Shown here piece after piece: positions 34,667 to 44,545 of a stretch of 64,000 nucleotides of DNA. Source of the DNA: an uncultured Planctomycetota bacterium (GTDB lineage Bacteria > Planctomycetota > Planctomycetia > Gemmatales > Gemmataceae); contig CAWKHF010000012.1 in the NCBI GenBank assembly GCA_963849325.1, positions 544,001 through 608,000 on the forward strand, in the 5' to 3' direction. Under the pieces are notes generated by a model that saw only the letters and a program-made list of their open reading frames with translations, was not told where the DNA came from and searched no databases. The translations under genes and the position numbers were made by a program. Position 1 is the first letter of the stretch; the number at the start of each line of letters is the position of its first letter.

Positions 34667-35674
34667 TTATCCATCGGCGGTGTGGACGGCCTCGGAATGG
34701 ACGTGACCTTGCTCGAAAACGCGGGCGATGACCTGGTCCAGCGGCGGATCGGTCACGCTCATGTCCACGACGGTGTAGCGATCGAGGATGGCGGCCAGCA
34801 CGTCCGCCACGCGCGTGCGCTCGACCTTCAACTCGGCGACCGGCCCGATACTGGTGTATTCGCCGAAACGGCCGAAGTCGGCCGGCGTCTCCTCGCCGGC
34901 GAATTGCAGACGCACCAGCTTGGAACGGCCGAAACGCTCGGTGATGCCGGCCAGCGGTCCATCGTAGATAACGCGGCCGTGCGCGATGACCAGCACGCGC
35001 GGGCACAGCGCCTCGACGTTGCGCATGTAATGGCTGGTCAGCAGCATGGTGACGCCGCGCGTGGTGTTGTACTCCTTGAGGCAGCGCTGGATGGCGACCT
35101 GGGCGACAACGTCCAGTCCGATGGTCGGCTCGTCGAGCAGCAGCAGTTGCGGCTCGTGCAGCAGAGCGGCAATCAGCTCCATTTTCATGCGCTCGCCCAG
35201 CGACAGCTCGCGCACCGGCTGGCGCGTCAGCTCGCGGACGGCGAACAGATCCGTCAGTTCGCCGAGAGTGCGGTTGAAGGCGTCGGCCGGCAGCGAATAG
35301 ATTTCGCGGTGGAGTTGGAAGCTGTCGCCGGCCGGCAAGTCCCACCACAGTTGGTTCTTCTGGCCCATGACCAGGGCGAAGCGACGGCGGAAAGCATCGG
35401 GCCGCTCCCAGGGCGTGAAGCCGAGCACGGTGGCGCTGCCGGCGCTGGGATAGATCAAGCCAGACAGCATTTTGAGGGTGGTCGTCTTGCCGGCGCCGTT
35501 GGGGCCGAGGAAGGCGACCATCTCGCCGGGTTCGATGACGAAGCTGACGTCGGCGACGGCGTGGACTTCCTTGTAACGGCGGCGGACCAGGCTGCGCAGG
35601 GCGCCGGCGAGGCCGGGATCCTTTTGAAAGACTCGATAGGTCTTGCTCAGCCCCTTCGCCTCAATGATCGCCAT
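34667..35674 (-). CDS. ABC-2-type transporter ATP-binding protein
   Basis: 'GPNGAGKTT', 'LSLGERMK', 'LDEPTIGLD', 'TSHY'. Confidence 0.93.
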   Translation of the reverse strand: MAIIEAKGLSKTYRVFQKDPGLAGALRSLVRRRYKEVHAVADVSFVIEPGEMVAFLGPNGAGKTTTLKMLSGLIYPSAGSATVLGFTPWERPDAFRRRFALVMGQKNQLWWDLPAGDSFQLHREIYSLPADAFNRTLGELTDLFAVRELTRQPVRELSLGERMKMELIAALLHEPQLLLLDEPTIGLDVVAQVAIQRCLKEYNTTRGVTMLLTSHYMRNVEALCPRVLVIAHGRVIYDGPLAGITERFGRSKLVRLQFAGEETPADFGRFGEYTSIGPVAELKVERTRVADVLAAILDRYTVVDMSVTDPPLDQVIARVFEQGHVHSEAVHTADG

Positions 35675-36558
35675 TGTTCCGTTCTCTCCGATTGCTTTCC
35701 GAGCATTCTACGCTGCTCTCGAACGTTCCGAGAATACGAGCCGTGTTTAGCCGCGACGCGCAGCGGAGCGACGGCTCGGCGCTCCGCTGCTAGCAGGTAG
35801 CCGTAAGCGCGCAGCCAGCCGAACCAGGCGGGACACGGCACTCGGCCATCGGGGCGTAGACTAATGGGCCGCACTTCGAGCAGGCGGAAGCCAGCATCCG
35901 TCAGCAAGCGGCACGCCTCGCGGCGCGTGAACAGGTGCAGCGTCAGGCCGGCGATCCCCTGATGGACCGGCATGACGCGGTCCCCGGCCTCGGCGCCGGT
36001 CCACGAGTGCAGCCAGTCGCGCAGCAGCCAGGCCCGACCGGCCCGGTCGCGGACGTTGAACCAGCGGTTATGGACGTGCAGGATGAAGCGCCCGCCCGGC
36101 CGCAGCAGGCGAAAAGCGTGCTCCACCACGCGCCGCCGCTGCGCCGCGCCCCGCACCATGCCGAGCGTGCTGAACAGGCAGGCGGCGCCGTCGAAGCTGC
36201 CATCGGCCAGGCAATTCAACTCAGCGATATTGGCGCGCAGCAGGGCGATGGGCCGATTCGCGGACAGAGCTTTGTTGTTGGCGACGCAGAGCATCTCGGG
36301 CGACAGGTCCACACCGAGACCCCATCCGCCGCGCTGCGTCCAGGCCAGCAGCAAACGGCCGGTGCCGCAGCCGAGGTCGAGCAGCCGGCCCGGTCGCGGA
36401 CAGTGCCGCTCGACGAAGGCGCGGTCGATGTCGAACAACGGCGTGCCGGCCAAGCCGGCATCGTAACCGCGCGCGATGCCGGGGTCGTGGAGGTAGTCCC
36501 AAAGACCTCGGTTGACGCCGGGCGGCAGCTGCCAGTCGGCGGGAGGAGGTTTCGGCAT
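35647..36558 (-). CDS. Class I SAM-dependent methyltransferase
   Basis: 'LLDLGCGTGR', 'GVDLSPEML', 'LLRPGG'; the C-terminal ~45 aa run through a REP-derived sequence. Confidence 0.88.
   Translation of the reverse strand: MPKPPPADWQLPPGVNRGLWDYLHDPGIARGYDAGLAGTPLFDIDRAFVERHCPRPGRLLDLGCGTGRLLLAWTQRGGWGLGVDLSPEMLCVANNKALSANRPIALLRANIAELNCLADGSFDGAACLFSTLGMVRGAAQRRRVVEHAFRLLRPGGRFILHVHNRWFNVRDRAGRAWLLRDWLHSWTGAEAGDRVMPVHQGIAGLTLHLFTRREACRLLTDAGFRLLEVRPISLRPDGRVPCPAWFGWLRAYGYLLAAERRAVAPLRVAAKHGSYSRNVREQRRMLGKQSERTEQWRSLRRRG
35745..35790. repeat. Partial family-A REP at the 3' end of the methyltransferase gene
   Basis: GTTTAGCCGCGACGCGCAGCGGAGCG...CGCTCCGCTGC. Confidence 0.75.
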
Positions 36559-36758
36559 AATGGCGATTCTCGGTCCAACTGCGAGCGCCGCGTCGAGATT
36601 GACACGGATTCTGCTTGCACACCTTGTCGCCTCCGGCTACAGTCAACATACCTACCTGTATCCGCGGCGATTGCGGATCGCACGGACCCGCCCCGAAACG
36701 ACTGTTCGAGTCCCAACCTGCCATGCACGCTGTCAATCGACTCCAAGCTGGGATTGCC

Positions 36759-39073
36759 ATGAAGGCTCCGACGCTGCTCGCCGTGGTCGTCCTCCTCGTG
36801 TTTCCCGCGATGCGGCTGCGTGCCGATGGACCGGCCGACGTGGAATTCTTCGAGAAGAACGTGCGGCCCGTGCTGGCGACGCACTGCTTCAAGTGTCACG
36901 GCGACGGTAAGGCCAAGGGCGGGCTGAGCCTGGTCTCGCGCGACGGCATGTTCAAGGGCGGCGATTCGGGTCCGGCGATTGTGTCGGGACAACCAGCCAA
37001 GAGTCTGTTGATCGAGGCCATCCGCTACGAGGCCGAGACGCGGATGCCTCCCAAGAAGAAATTGTCCGACGGCGACATTGCCGCCCTCACCACTTGGGTC
37101 CAGCGCGGCGCGCCCTGGCCGGCCGCGCCCGCCAACGGCGAGACGATTCGTTCGTCGGGCGAGTCGATCCGTACCGCCGATCGCGCCTTCTGGTCGTTCC
37201 AGCCCATCGCCGATCCGCCGCTGCCGGCCGTCCGCGACCGGACCTGGCCGATCAAGCCGCTCGACCACTTCATCCTAGCGAAGCTGGAATCGCGCGGCCT
37301 GTATCCAGTACGCCGGGCCGACAAGCACGCCCTGCTGCGCCGCGTTACCTTCGACCTGATCGGCCTGCCGCCGACGCCGGAAGAGATCGACGCCTTTCTA
37401 GCGCGACGAGTCGCCGGACGCCTTCGCCAAGGTCGTCGATCGTCTGCTGGCTTCGCCGCACTACGGCGAACGCTGGGGCCGTCACTGGCTCGACATCGCT
37501 CGCTACGGCGAGGACCAGGCCCACACGTTCCAGGCCCGTCTTTTTCCCGGCGGCTATCGTTACCGCGATTGGGTCGTGCGGGCGCTCAACGACGACATGC
37601 CCTACGATCGCTTCATCGTCGAGCAGATCGCCGGCGATCTTTTGCCCGACGGCGACCGCGCCGAGCACCTGCCGGCGCTGGGCTTTTTCGCCCTGGGACC
37701 GCACTACTACCAGGACGGGGCGGCGCGGAAGTTCGTCGAGGCGACGGAGCTGGACGACCGCATCGACACGCTGACGCGCGGTTTTCTCGGCCTGACGGTC
37801 TCCTGCGCTCGCTGCCACGATCACAAGTTCGATCCGATCTCGCAGGCCGACTACTACGCGCTGGCCGGTGTCTTTCAGAGCACGAAATATCAGGAAGTGC
37901 CGATCGGTCCTCCGGCCGTGGTCGAGCATTATCAGAAGAGTCAGGCCAAGGTCCGCGAGCAGGAGGCGAAGATCAAGCAGTTTCTCAAGACGGAGGGCAA
38001 GGGCCAGGGGCAAAAGAAGCTGAGCGACGAGAGCAAGCGAAAACTAGCCGATTTGCGCCGCGAGCTGGAACAGCTCAAAAAGACGATGCCGCCGGCGCCG
38101 CCGCTGGTCCACACGCTCGCCGAGGGACAGCCGGTCAACATGCGCGATCTATCTCCGCGGCAATCCCGACCGGGAAGGCGACGTGGCCCCGCGTCGCTTC
38201 CTGCGCATCCTCGCCGGGGAGCAACCCAAGCCGTTCACACAGGGCAGCGGCCGGCTGGAACTGGCTCACGCTATTGCGGATCGTCATAATCCGCTGACGG
38301 CCCGCGTGCTGGTCAATCGCGTCTGGCAGCAGCACTTCGGCAAGGGTCTCGTCGGCACGCCCAGCAATTTCGGCAAGCTCGGCGATCGGCCGACACATCC
38401 CGAGTTGCTCGATCACCTGGCCACGCGCTTTCTCGCCTCCGGCTGGTCGATCAAGGCGCTGCACCGCGAAATCCTGCTGTCGGCCACCTACCAACTCGGC
38501 TGCGACCGCGAGGAAGGCAACGCCGCGGCCGATCCGGGCAACCAATGGTTGGGACACATGAATCGCCGCCGGCTGGACGTGGAGGCGTGGCGCGACGCCC
38601 TGCTCGCCGCCTCCGGCGAGCTGGACGCGCACGTCGGCGGTTCGCCGACGGAACTCGGCGACGCCGGCAACAAGCGGCGCACTCTCTATGGCAAGATCAG
38701 CCGGCACAACCTCGACAATCTGCTGCGCCTGTTCGACTTCCCCGACCCCAACATCACCAGCGCGCTCGCGGCCGGTGACGATTGTTCCCTTGCAGCAACT
38801 GTTCGTCCTCAACAGCGAGTTCATGATCGCCCGGGCGCGAGCCTTGGCGGCGCGGCTGGCGGCCGAGGACAAGGACGATGCCGCCCGCATCCGCAAGGCG
38901 TTCGTGCGCGTGTACGGCCGGCCCGCCGGCGAGCGCGACGTGCAACTGGGGCTGGCGTTCCTCCGCGCCCGGAAGAGTCCGTGCGGCCGGGCGAAGCAAA
39001 AGCCACCCTCAGCCGCTGGGAGCAGTATGCCCAGGTGCTACTCGGCGCCAACGAGTTCACCTTTATCGATTGA
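36759..39073 (+). CDS. Planctomycete cytochrome c + DUF1549 + DUF1553 protein; frameshifted
   Basis: 'FFEKNVRPVL..HCFKCH', 'WSFQP', 'RRVTFDLIGLPPT', 'YRDWV', 'CARCHDHKFDPI', 'NPLTARV.VNRVW', 'PTHPELLD', 'ANEF'. Confidence 0.92.
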
Positions 39074-39090
39074 CCACGGAGCATCGGCTC

Positions 39091-40495
39091 ATGTCCTCAT
39101 CCTGGCAACCTCGAATGAACCGCCGGCAAATGCTGTGTACCCTGGGCAACGGCTTCGGCGCGCTGGGTCTGGCGAGCGTGCTGGCCGGCGACGGACTGCT
39201 CGCCGCGCCGGCGCGAGCGGCGGGCGCCGGCAACCCGCTGGCGCCGAAAGTCGCCGCACTTTCCGCCGCGCGCCAAGCGCGTCATCTTCCTGTTCATGAA
39301 CGGCGGGCCGTCGCAGGTCGACACCTTCGATCCCAAGCCGGCCCTGGCGAAGTACGCCGGCCAGGACAAGGACGGCACCACGCGCGGCCAGGCGTCGGGC
39401 AAGCTGATGCCGTCGCCGTTTTCGTTTCGGAAATACGGCCAAAGCGGCATCGAGGTGAGCGAACTGTATCCGCACGTGGCCCGCCACATCGACGACATCT
39501 GCGTCCTTCGCTCGATGCACACCAACACGCCCAATCACGAGCCATCGCTGTTGATGATGAACTCCGGCGAAACGCAGCCGACGCGGCCGAGCATGGGATC
39601 GTGGCTGAGTTACGGCCTGGGCACCGAGAACCAGAACTTGCCCGGCTACGTCGTGCTCTGTCCGGGCAAGCCGGTGGTCGGCCCGCAATTGTGGAGCAAC
39701 AGCTTCCTGCCCGGCATCTACCAGGGCACGCACATCAACAACTCGCGCGTCGATCCCAAAAGCGTCATCCAGCACGTCGCCAACAGCCATCTGCCGCGCG
39801 CCGCCCAGCGCCGCCAGCTCGACCTGTTGCAGCAGATGAACGAGGAACACCTGCACCAGCGCGGCGGCGACGACCAGCTCGAGGCCCGCATCGCCTCGCT
39901 GGAGATGGCCTTCCGCATGCAGACCGAGGCGCAGGAGGCGTTCGACCTGACCCGCGAGCCGACGGCGACCCGACAGCGCTACGGCGACGGCGCCTTCGCC
40001 AACGCCTGCCTCGTCGCTCGCCGCCTGGCCGAGCGCGGTGTGCGCATGACGCAGATTTACTACGGCAACGGCCAGCCGTGGGACGATCACGGCGACATCC
40101 TCAATCACCGCAACCACGCCCGCCAGTCGGACCAACCCATCGCGGCGCTCTTGACCGACCTGAAGGCGCGCGGTCTGCTCGGCGAGACGCTGGTGATCTG
40201 GGGCGGCGAGTTCGGCCGGACGCCGGCGTCGCAGGGCGGCAAGGGCCGCGATCACAACAGCAAGGGCTTCTCCATGTGGCTGGCCGGCGGCGGCGTCAAG
40301 GGCGGCTACGTCCACGGCGCCACCGACGAGTTCGGCGGCACCGCCGTCGAGAAGAAAGTCCACGTCCACGACCTGCACGCCACCATCCTGTACCTGCTCG
40401 GCATCGACCACGAACGGCTGACCTTCCGCTACAGCGGCCGCGATTTCCGCCTGACCGACGTACACGGCGAAATCGTCCGCGACATTCTGGCATGA
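39091..40495 (+). CDS. DUF1501 family protein (Tat-like signal); frameshift near 39250
   Basis: 'MNRRQML', 'MNGGPSQVDTFDPKP', 'WDDH', 'GEFGRTP', 'GRDHN', 'DLHATIL..LGID'. Confidence 0.92.
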
Positions 40496-40536
40496 CGCCG
40501 CCGTCGGCGGCGACTTCCTGTTGTTGGAGATCAGAC

Positions 40537-41703
40537 ATGGCATTGTCATCTCGGCCGGTTATGTGGCTCTGTTTCCTCGCCGTCCTTTTGTTCGGGGTGC
40601 CGGCCAGGGGAGCGGAAGAGATGAACAAACTGTGGGTCTTCGTCGGCACCTACACCGGCGGCAAGAGCAAGGGCATCTATCGTTGCGAGTTCGATCCGTC
40701 CACCGGCAAGCTGAGCGAGCCGATTCTGGCTGCGGAGACGGCTAGCCCCTCGTTTCTCGCCATCGACCCGAGCCGGCGTTTCCTCTATGCCGTGGGCGAA
40801 ACCGGCGGTTTTCAGGGCAAGAAAAGCGGCTCCGTCAGCGCCTTCACCCTCGACGCCAAGACCGGCGAGCTGAAGCTGCTCAACCGGCAACCGTCCAGCG
40901 GCGAGGCCCCCTGTCATCTCGTCGTCGATCGCCAGGGCAAGCACGTTCTCGTGGCCAATTACACCGGAGGTAACGTGTCGGTCCTGCGCATCGAGAAGGA
41001 TGGCCGGCTCGGCGAACGGACGGCATTCGTGCAGCACAAGGGAAAGGGCAGCGACCCCGGTCGGCAGGAAGCGCCGCACGCCCATTCGATCAACCTCGAC
41101 GCCGCCAACCGCTTCGCCTTCGTCGCCGACCTCGGACTCGACCAGGTGTTCGTCTACCGCTTCGATCCCGACAAGGGGACACTGGAGAAAAACGATCCGC
41201 CCTCGGCGGCCGTCGCTCCGAAGTCCGGGCCGCGTCACTTCGCCTTTCATCCCGACGGCCGACACGCCTACGTCATCAACGAGATGGCCAACACTGTCAC
41301 GGCGATGGATTACGACGCCGAGCACGGCGTCCTCAAGCCGATCCAGACGGTTTCGACCTTGCCCGAAGGGTACAAGAAGCCGACGTGGACGGCGGAGGTG
41401 CAGGTCCATCCCTCGGGCAAGTTCCTGTACGGCTCCAACCGCGGTCACGACAGCATCGCCGTCTTCGCCATCGACGAGAAGACGGGGCAGCTGACGCCGG
41501 CCGGCCGCCAGGCGTCCGGCATCAAGGTGCCGCGCAACTTCGGCATCGACCCGACAGGCAAGTTCCTGCTGGTCGCCAATCAGGACGGCGACAGCCTCCT
41601 CGTCTTCCGCATCAATCCGAAAACCGGGGAGTTGCAAGCGACCGGCGACAAGGTGGAAGTGGGCAAGCCGGTGTGCGTCAAATTCGTGCCGAAGGCGTCC
41701 TGA
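40537..41703 (+). CDS. pgl: 6-Phosphogluconolactonase (lactonase family beta-propeller), secreted
   Basis: 'VFVGTYT', 'VANYTGG', 'PHAHS', 'DLGLD', 'GPRH', 'SNRGHDS', 'PRNF'. Confidence 0.88.
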   Translation: MALSSRPVMWLCFLAVLLFGVPARGAEEMNKLWVFVGTYTGGKSKGIYRCEFDPSTGKLSEPILAAETASPSFLAIDPSRRFLYAVGETGGFQGKKSGSVSAFTLDAKTGELKLLNRQPSSGEAPCHLVVDRQGKHVLVANYTGGNVSVLRIEKDGRLGERTAFVQHKGKGSDPGRQEAPHAHSINLDAANRFAFVADLGLDQVFVYRFDPDKGTLEKNDPPSAAVAPKSGPRHFAFHPDGRHAYVINEMANTVTAMDYDAEHGVLKPIQTVSTLPEGYKKPTWTAEVQVHPSGKFLYGSNRGHDSIAVFAIDEKTGQLTPAGRQASGIKVPRNFGIDPTGKFLLVANQDGDSLLVFRINPKTGELQATGDKVEVGKPVCVKFVPKAS

Positions 41704-41716
41704 CACACGTATTCCG

Positions 41717-41780
41717 GTTAGCCGCGACGCGCAGCGGAGCGCGGGAGCCTCCCGCGCTCCGCTGCGCGTCGCGGCCAAAC
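41717..41780. repeat. REP-like palindrome, family A, between convergent genes
   Basis: GTTAGCCGCGACGCGCAGCGGAGCGCGGGAG-CCTCCCGCGCTCCGCTGCGCGTCGCGGCCAAAC. Confidence 0.9.
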
Positions 41781-42136
41781 TACGGCGTGACGTGCGTGTG
41801 CGTGCTCGAGGTCGTCATCGGCCCATGCAAGCGCAGGTGCTCGTGATAGCGCCGGTGGTGGTGCAGCGCCAGACCGACGAAGGTGATGCCCAGGCCGACC
41901 AGCACCGCCAGCACCAGGATGGTCAGGCACAGCTTCATGGGATTGTCGAGATCGCGGATCCTGATTTGCGACTTCTCGAAGTCCGGCTCCGTCCGCAGGT
42001 TGGGCGCGGTGGTGCTGTCGCCGGAGGCGGACTTGTAAATGAGGAAGTTCTCGTAACGGTTGCCGATGCCCTGGGCGGTCAGTCCCAGGCCGATCAGGGC
42101 GGCGGCGGTGATGATGGCTCCGCTGAGTGCTCGCAT
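41780..42136 (-). CDS. Hypothetical two-TM membrane protein with a His-rich C-terminus
   Basis: GGAG RBS, two hydrophobic segments, 'LHHHRRYHEH'. Confidence 0.7.
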   Translation of the reverse strand: MRALSGAIITAAALIGLGLTAQGIGNRYENFLIYKSASGDSTTAPNLRTEPDFEKSQIRIRDLDNPMKLCLTILVLAVLVGLGITFVGLALHHHRRYHEHLRLHGPMTTSSTHTHVTP

Positions 42137-42172
42137 GGATGCTCCTCCCGATACGGGACAGGCTCGCCTCGA

Positions 42173-42331
42173 TTACTGGCCCAACATACGCAAACAACCG
42201 CCCATGACGAGCAGAATGCCCGCCAGGATGATGAAGACACTGCTGCAACCACAGCCGGCCCAGGGTCCGTATTGACCCCGCGGACTGTAGAAGCCGCCGC
42301 TGCCGAACAACGGACCGCCGCCCATGCTCAT
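42173..42331 (-). CDS. Small Gly-rich single-TM protein (52 aa)
   Basis: MSMGGGPLFGSGGFYSPRGQYGPWAGCGCSSVFIILAGILLVMGGCLRMLGQ; GGAG RBS; co-oriented with neighbours. Confidence 0.6.
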   Translation of the reverse strand: MSMGGGPLFGSGGFYSPRGQYGPWAGCGCSSVFIILAGILLVMGGCLRMLGQ

Positions 42332-42372
42332 GACACATTCTCCGTGACAGGAAAGGATTCCGCGTCGCCGCC

Positions 42373-43200
42373 TCAACGGGAGGCGGCGATGCGGTGGTGA
42401 TCGTAGGCTACCTTGGCCGCCTTCGCCTGCGGCACCCAGGCTCGCAGTTGGCGGATACGGCGGGCGTCGCTGGGGTGATTGGAGAGGATCTCCGGAGGTT
42501 CGCCTCCGCGCTGCAACTGTTGCATCCGCTGCCAGAACACCAACGCCTCATCGGGGTCGTATCCGGCGAAGGTCATCAGGAACAGGCCGATGTGGTCGGC
42601 CTCGGACTCCTGCTGGCGGTCGTAGGCTTTGTCCATCAGCCAGCCGACGCGGCCCGACTCCTCGCGGGTGAGGCGTTCGTTGGAGTGATGGGCCAGGGCG
42701 TGGGCGATCTCGTGCGACAGCACCGTCGCCAACTGACTGTCGTTCTCGACGACGCGAAGCAGCATCGTATACACGGCCACCTTGCCGCCGGGCAGACAGA
42801 AGGCGTTGACCTCCTTGCTGCGGATGATGTTGAACTCCCAGTCGAAGGTATAGCCCTTCAAGTGCAAGTTGATTTCGCGCTGCAGCGGCTCGATGCGGAC
42901 GGCCTTGGCGATGCGGGCGCCGACCTCCCGCACGTGCTGTACGGTCCGACTGTTGGTGGGGAGTAAGGCGTCCTTTTCCCGCGCCTGGTCGAGGATCTGC
43001 TGATACGCCTGTACGCCCAGCTTGTATTCCTGCTCGGGACTCAGGCCGAGATACTGCTGACGACGGCCGGGACCGGAGCCTTCCTCCGGCGGAGCGCAGC
43101 CCGCACCGGCGAAGACAGTCCCGCAAACGACGACGAGCATGACCCCGACTCGGCGACTGCGTCTCGCGGGGCCATACCGATAAGGGTTGGCAGACGTCAT
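42373..43200 (-). CDS. M48-family metallopeptidase (lipoprotein-like)
   Basis: 'NAFCLPGG', 'HEIAH', 'ESEADHIG', 'AGYDP', 'LSNHPS'. Confidence 0.92.
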   Translation of the reverse strand: MTSANPYRYGPARRSRRVGVMLVVVCGTVFAGAGCAPPEEGSGPGRRQQYLGLSPEQEYKLGVQAYQQILDQAREKDALLPTNSRTVQHVREVGARIAKAVRIEPLQREINLHLKGYTFDWEFNIIRSKEVNAFCLPGGKVAVYTMLLRVVENDSQLATVLSHEIAHALAHHSNERLTREESGRVGWLMDKAYDRQQESEADHIGLFLMTFAGYDPDEALVFWQRMQQLQRGGEPPEILSNHPSDARRIRQLRAWVPQAKAAKVAYDHHRIAASR

Positions 43201-43299
43201 CGCATCTCCGTAACAAGGCCGAAAGGGACACGGGAGGAGCGGGGAGTTGATCGTCGCCTCGCCGCCTCCCGTGTTCGCGGTCTCATTCCCGCTCGTTCG

Positions 43300-43710
43300 C
43301 TACGGTTTCTCGACCTTCACCTTGACGGTCACGGTGGTGGCGTCGCCCTTGGGCGGTTTGCCCGTGACGTTGACCTTGTACTCGCCGGAAGCCGCCTCCT
43401 TGGTGGCCTTGATAACCAAGTTGGTCTTCTTGGGAGAGCCGGCCTTGATCGTCGTGGGATCCAGGGAGGCCGTGACTCCCTTGTCGGCCGGGTCCACCTC
43501 CGCCGTCAGGGCGACGTCTTCCTTGAAGTTCTTGTCTTCGTCGGCCGTGATTTCCACGGACTTGGTATCGCCTTGCTTGATGTCCTGCGTCGTGGCCGGA
43601 CCCTTGAGCTTGAACGTCCCTCCGCCCGGCGTGCCGCCGGTGGTGCTCGTGTTGCAACCAGCGATCACGGCCAAACCCGCTACCACCAAACTCGCATACA
43701 ACGTCTTCAT
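43300..43710 (-). CDS. Lipoprotein with an Ig-like domain
   Basis: MKTLYASLVVAGLAVIAGC lipobox, followed by a beta-rich domain. Confidence 0.75.
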   Translation of the reverse strand: MKTLYASLVVAGLAVIAGCNTSTTGGTPGGGTFKLKGPATTQDIKQGDTKSVEITADEDKNFKEDVALTAEVDPADKGVTASLDPTTIKAGSPKKTNLVIKATKEAASGEYKVNVTGKPPKGDATTVTVKVKVEKP

Positions 43711-44128
43711 AAGGCTTCGTCCTTTCCTGAAAAAAGCCATCTGCGATGTCCGTCTATGTGAACGAGACATCCTCCCGAGGTGGCGGTCGCCACCTAATCA
43801 TTCTTCGTCTCCGTCGCCGACTGATTTACTCCCGGCAGACCACCAACGACAGCGTTTGAAGGTTTGCAACTACCGTGCCGAGTTGTCCTGGGATCGCGCC
43901 GCCCTCGTTCTCACGCGGAGCGCGGGAACGGGAAGCGGCAGCTTGAGTACCCCGCTGCGCATAGATCAGCAAGAGATTGCCCCGGAGCAGAAATCCACGC
44001 GGGATTATCTTGCCCATCTTGCCAAGCCGGTTGAGGGGGACATTCGCCAATTGCGATCCTTTTCTCTTGCACTTTCTCTCCTCCTACGGAATAATCCGTA
44101 TTAGAAGATCCATTTGCGGGAGAAGATC

Positions 44129-44545
44129 ATGGCGGGACGGAAGACCTTGGCGATGACGGATCGGCAGTTCACGATCTTGCAGGTGTTATGGCAGCAGGGG
44201 CCGCTAACGGTGCGGCAACTGATGGAACATTTGCCGGGCGGCGAGGGGCAGCCGTACACGACCGTTCTGGGCATGTTGCAAACGATGGAGAAGGCGGGCC
44301 TCGTCCGCCATGAGGAAGAGGGCGCGACCTACCGCTATGCGGCGGCGCTGTCACGGCAGGCGGCGCTGGGTACGCTGCTGCGCGACTTCGTCGCGCGCTT
44401 CTTTCGCGGCTCGGCCGAGGACTTGGTGCTGGGACTGGTCGATGTCAATGAGCTGTCGGCGAAAGACCTGCGCGACATCGAAGCGCGGTTGAAGTCGTCG
44501 CCCGAGGGCCGTGGCGCCGGCAAACCGGGGAGGCGAAAGTCATGA
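44129..44545 (+). CDS. BlaI/MecI/CopY-family transcriptional repressor
   Basis: 'ILQVLWQQGPLTVR', 'YTTVLGML..MEKAGLV', 'FFRGS...LV..L'. Confidence 0.92.
   Translation: MAGRKTLAMTDRQFTILQVLWQQGPLTVRQLMEHLPGGEGQPYTTVLGMLQTMEKAGLVRHEEEGATYRYAAALSRQAALGTLLRDFVARFFRGSAEDLVLGLVDVNELSAKDLRDIEARLKSSPEGRGAGKPGRRKS

Noticed and set aside
36598-36616. Second sigma-54 promoter (TTGACACGGATTCTGC) upstream of the DUF1549/1553 gene
   Set aside because: It has GA instead of the invariant GG at -24, so it is not supportable.
38878-41703. 941-aa ORF as a DUF1501-lactonase fusion
   Set aside because: It is a chance open frame. It contains the DUF1501 signal peptide (through a frameshift), off-frame sequence, and then the lactonase, which has its own RBS and ATG at 40537.
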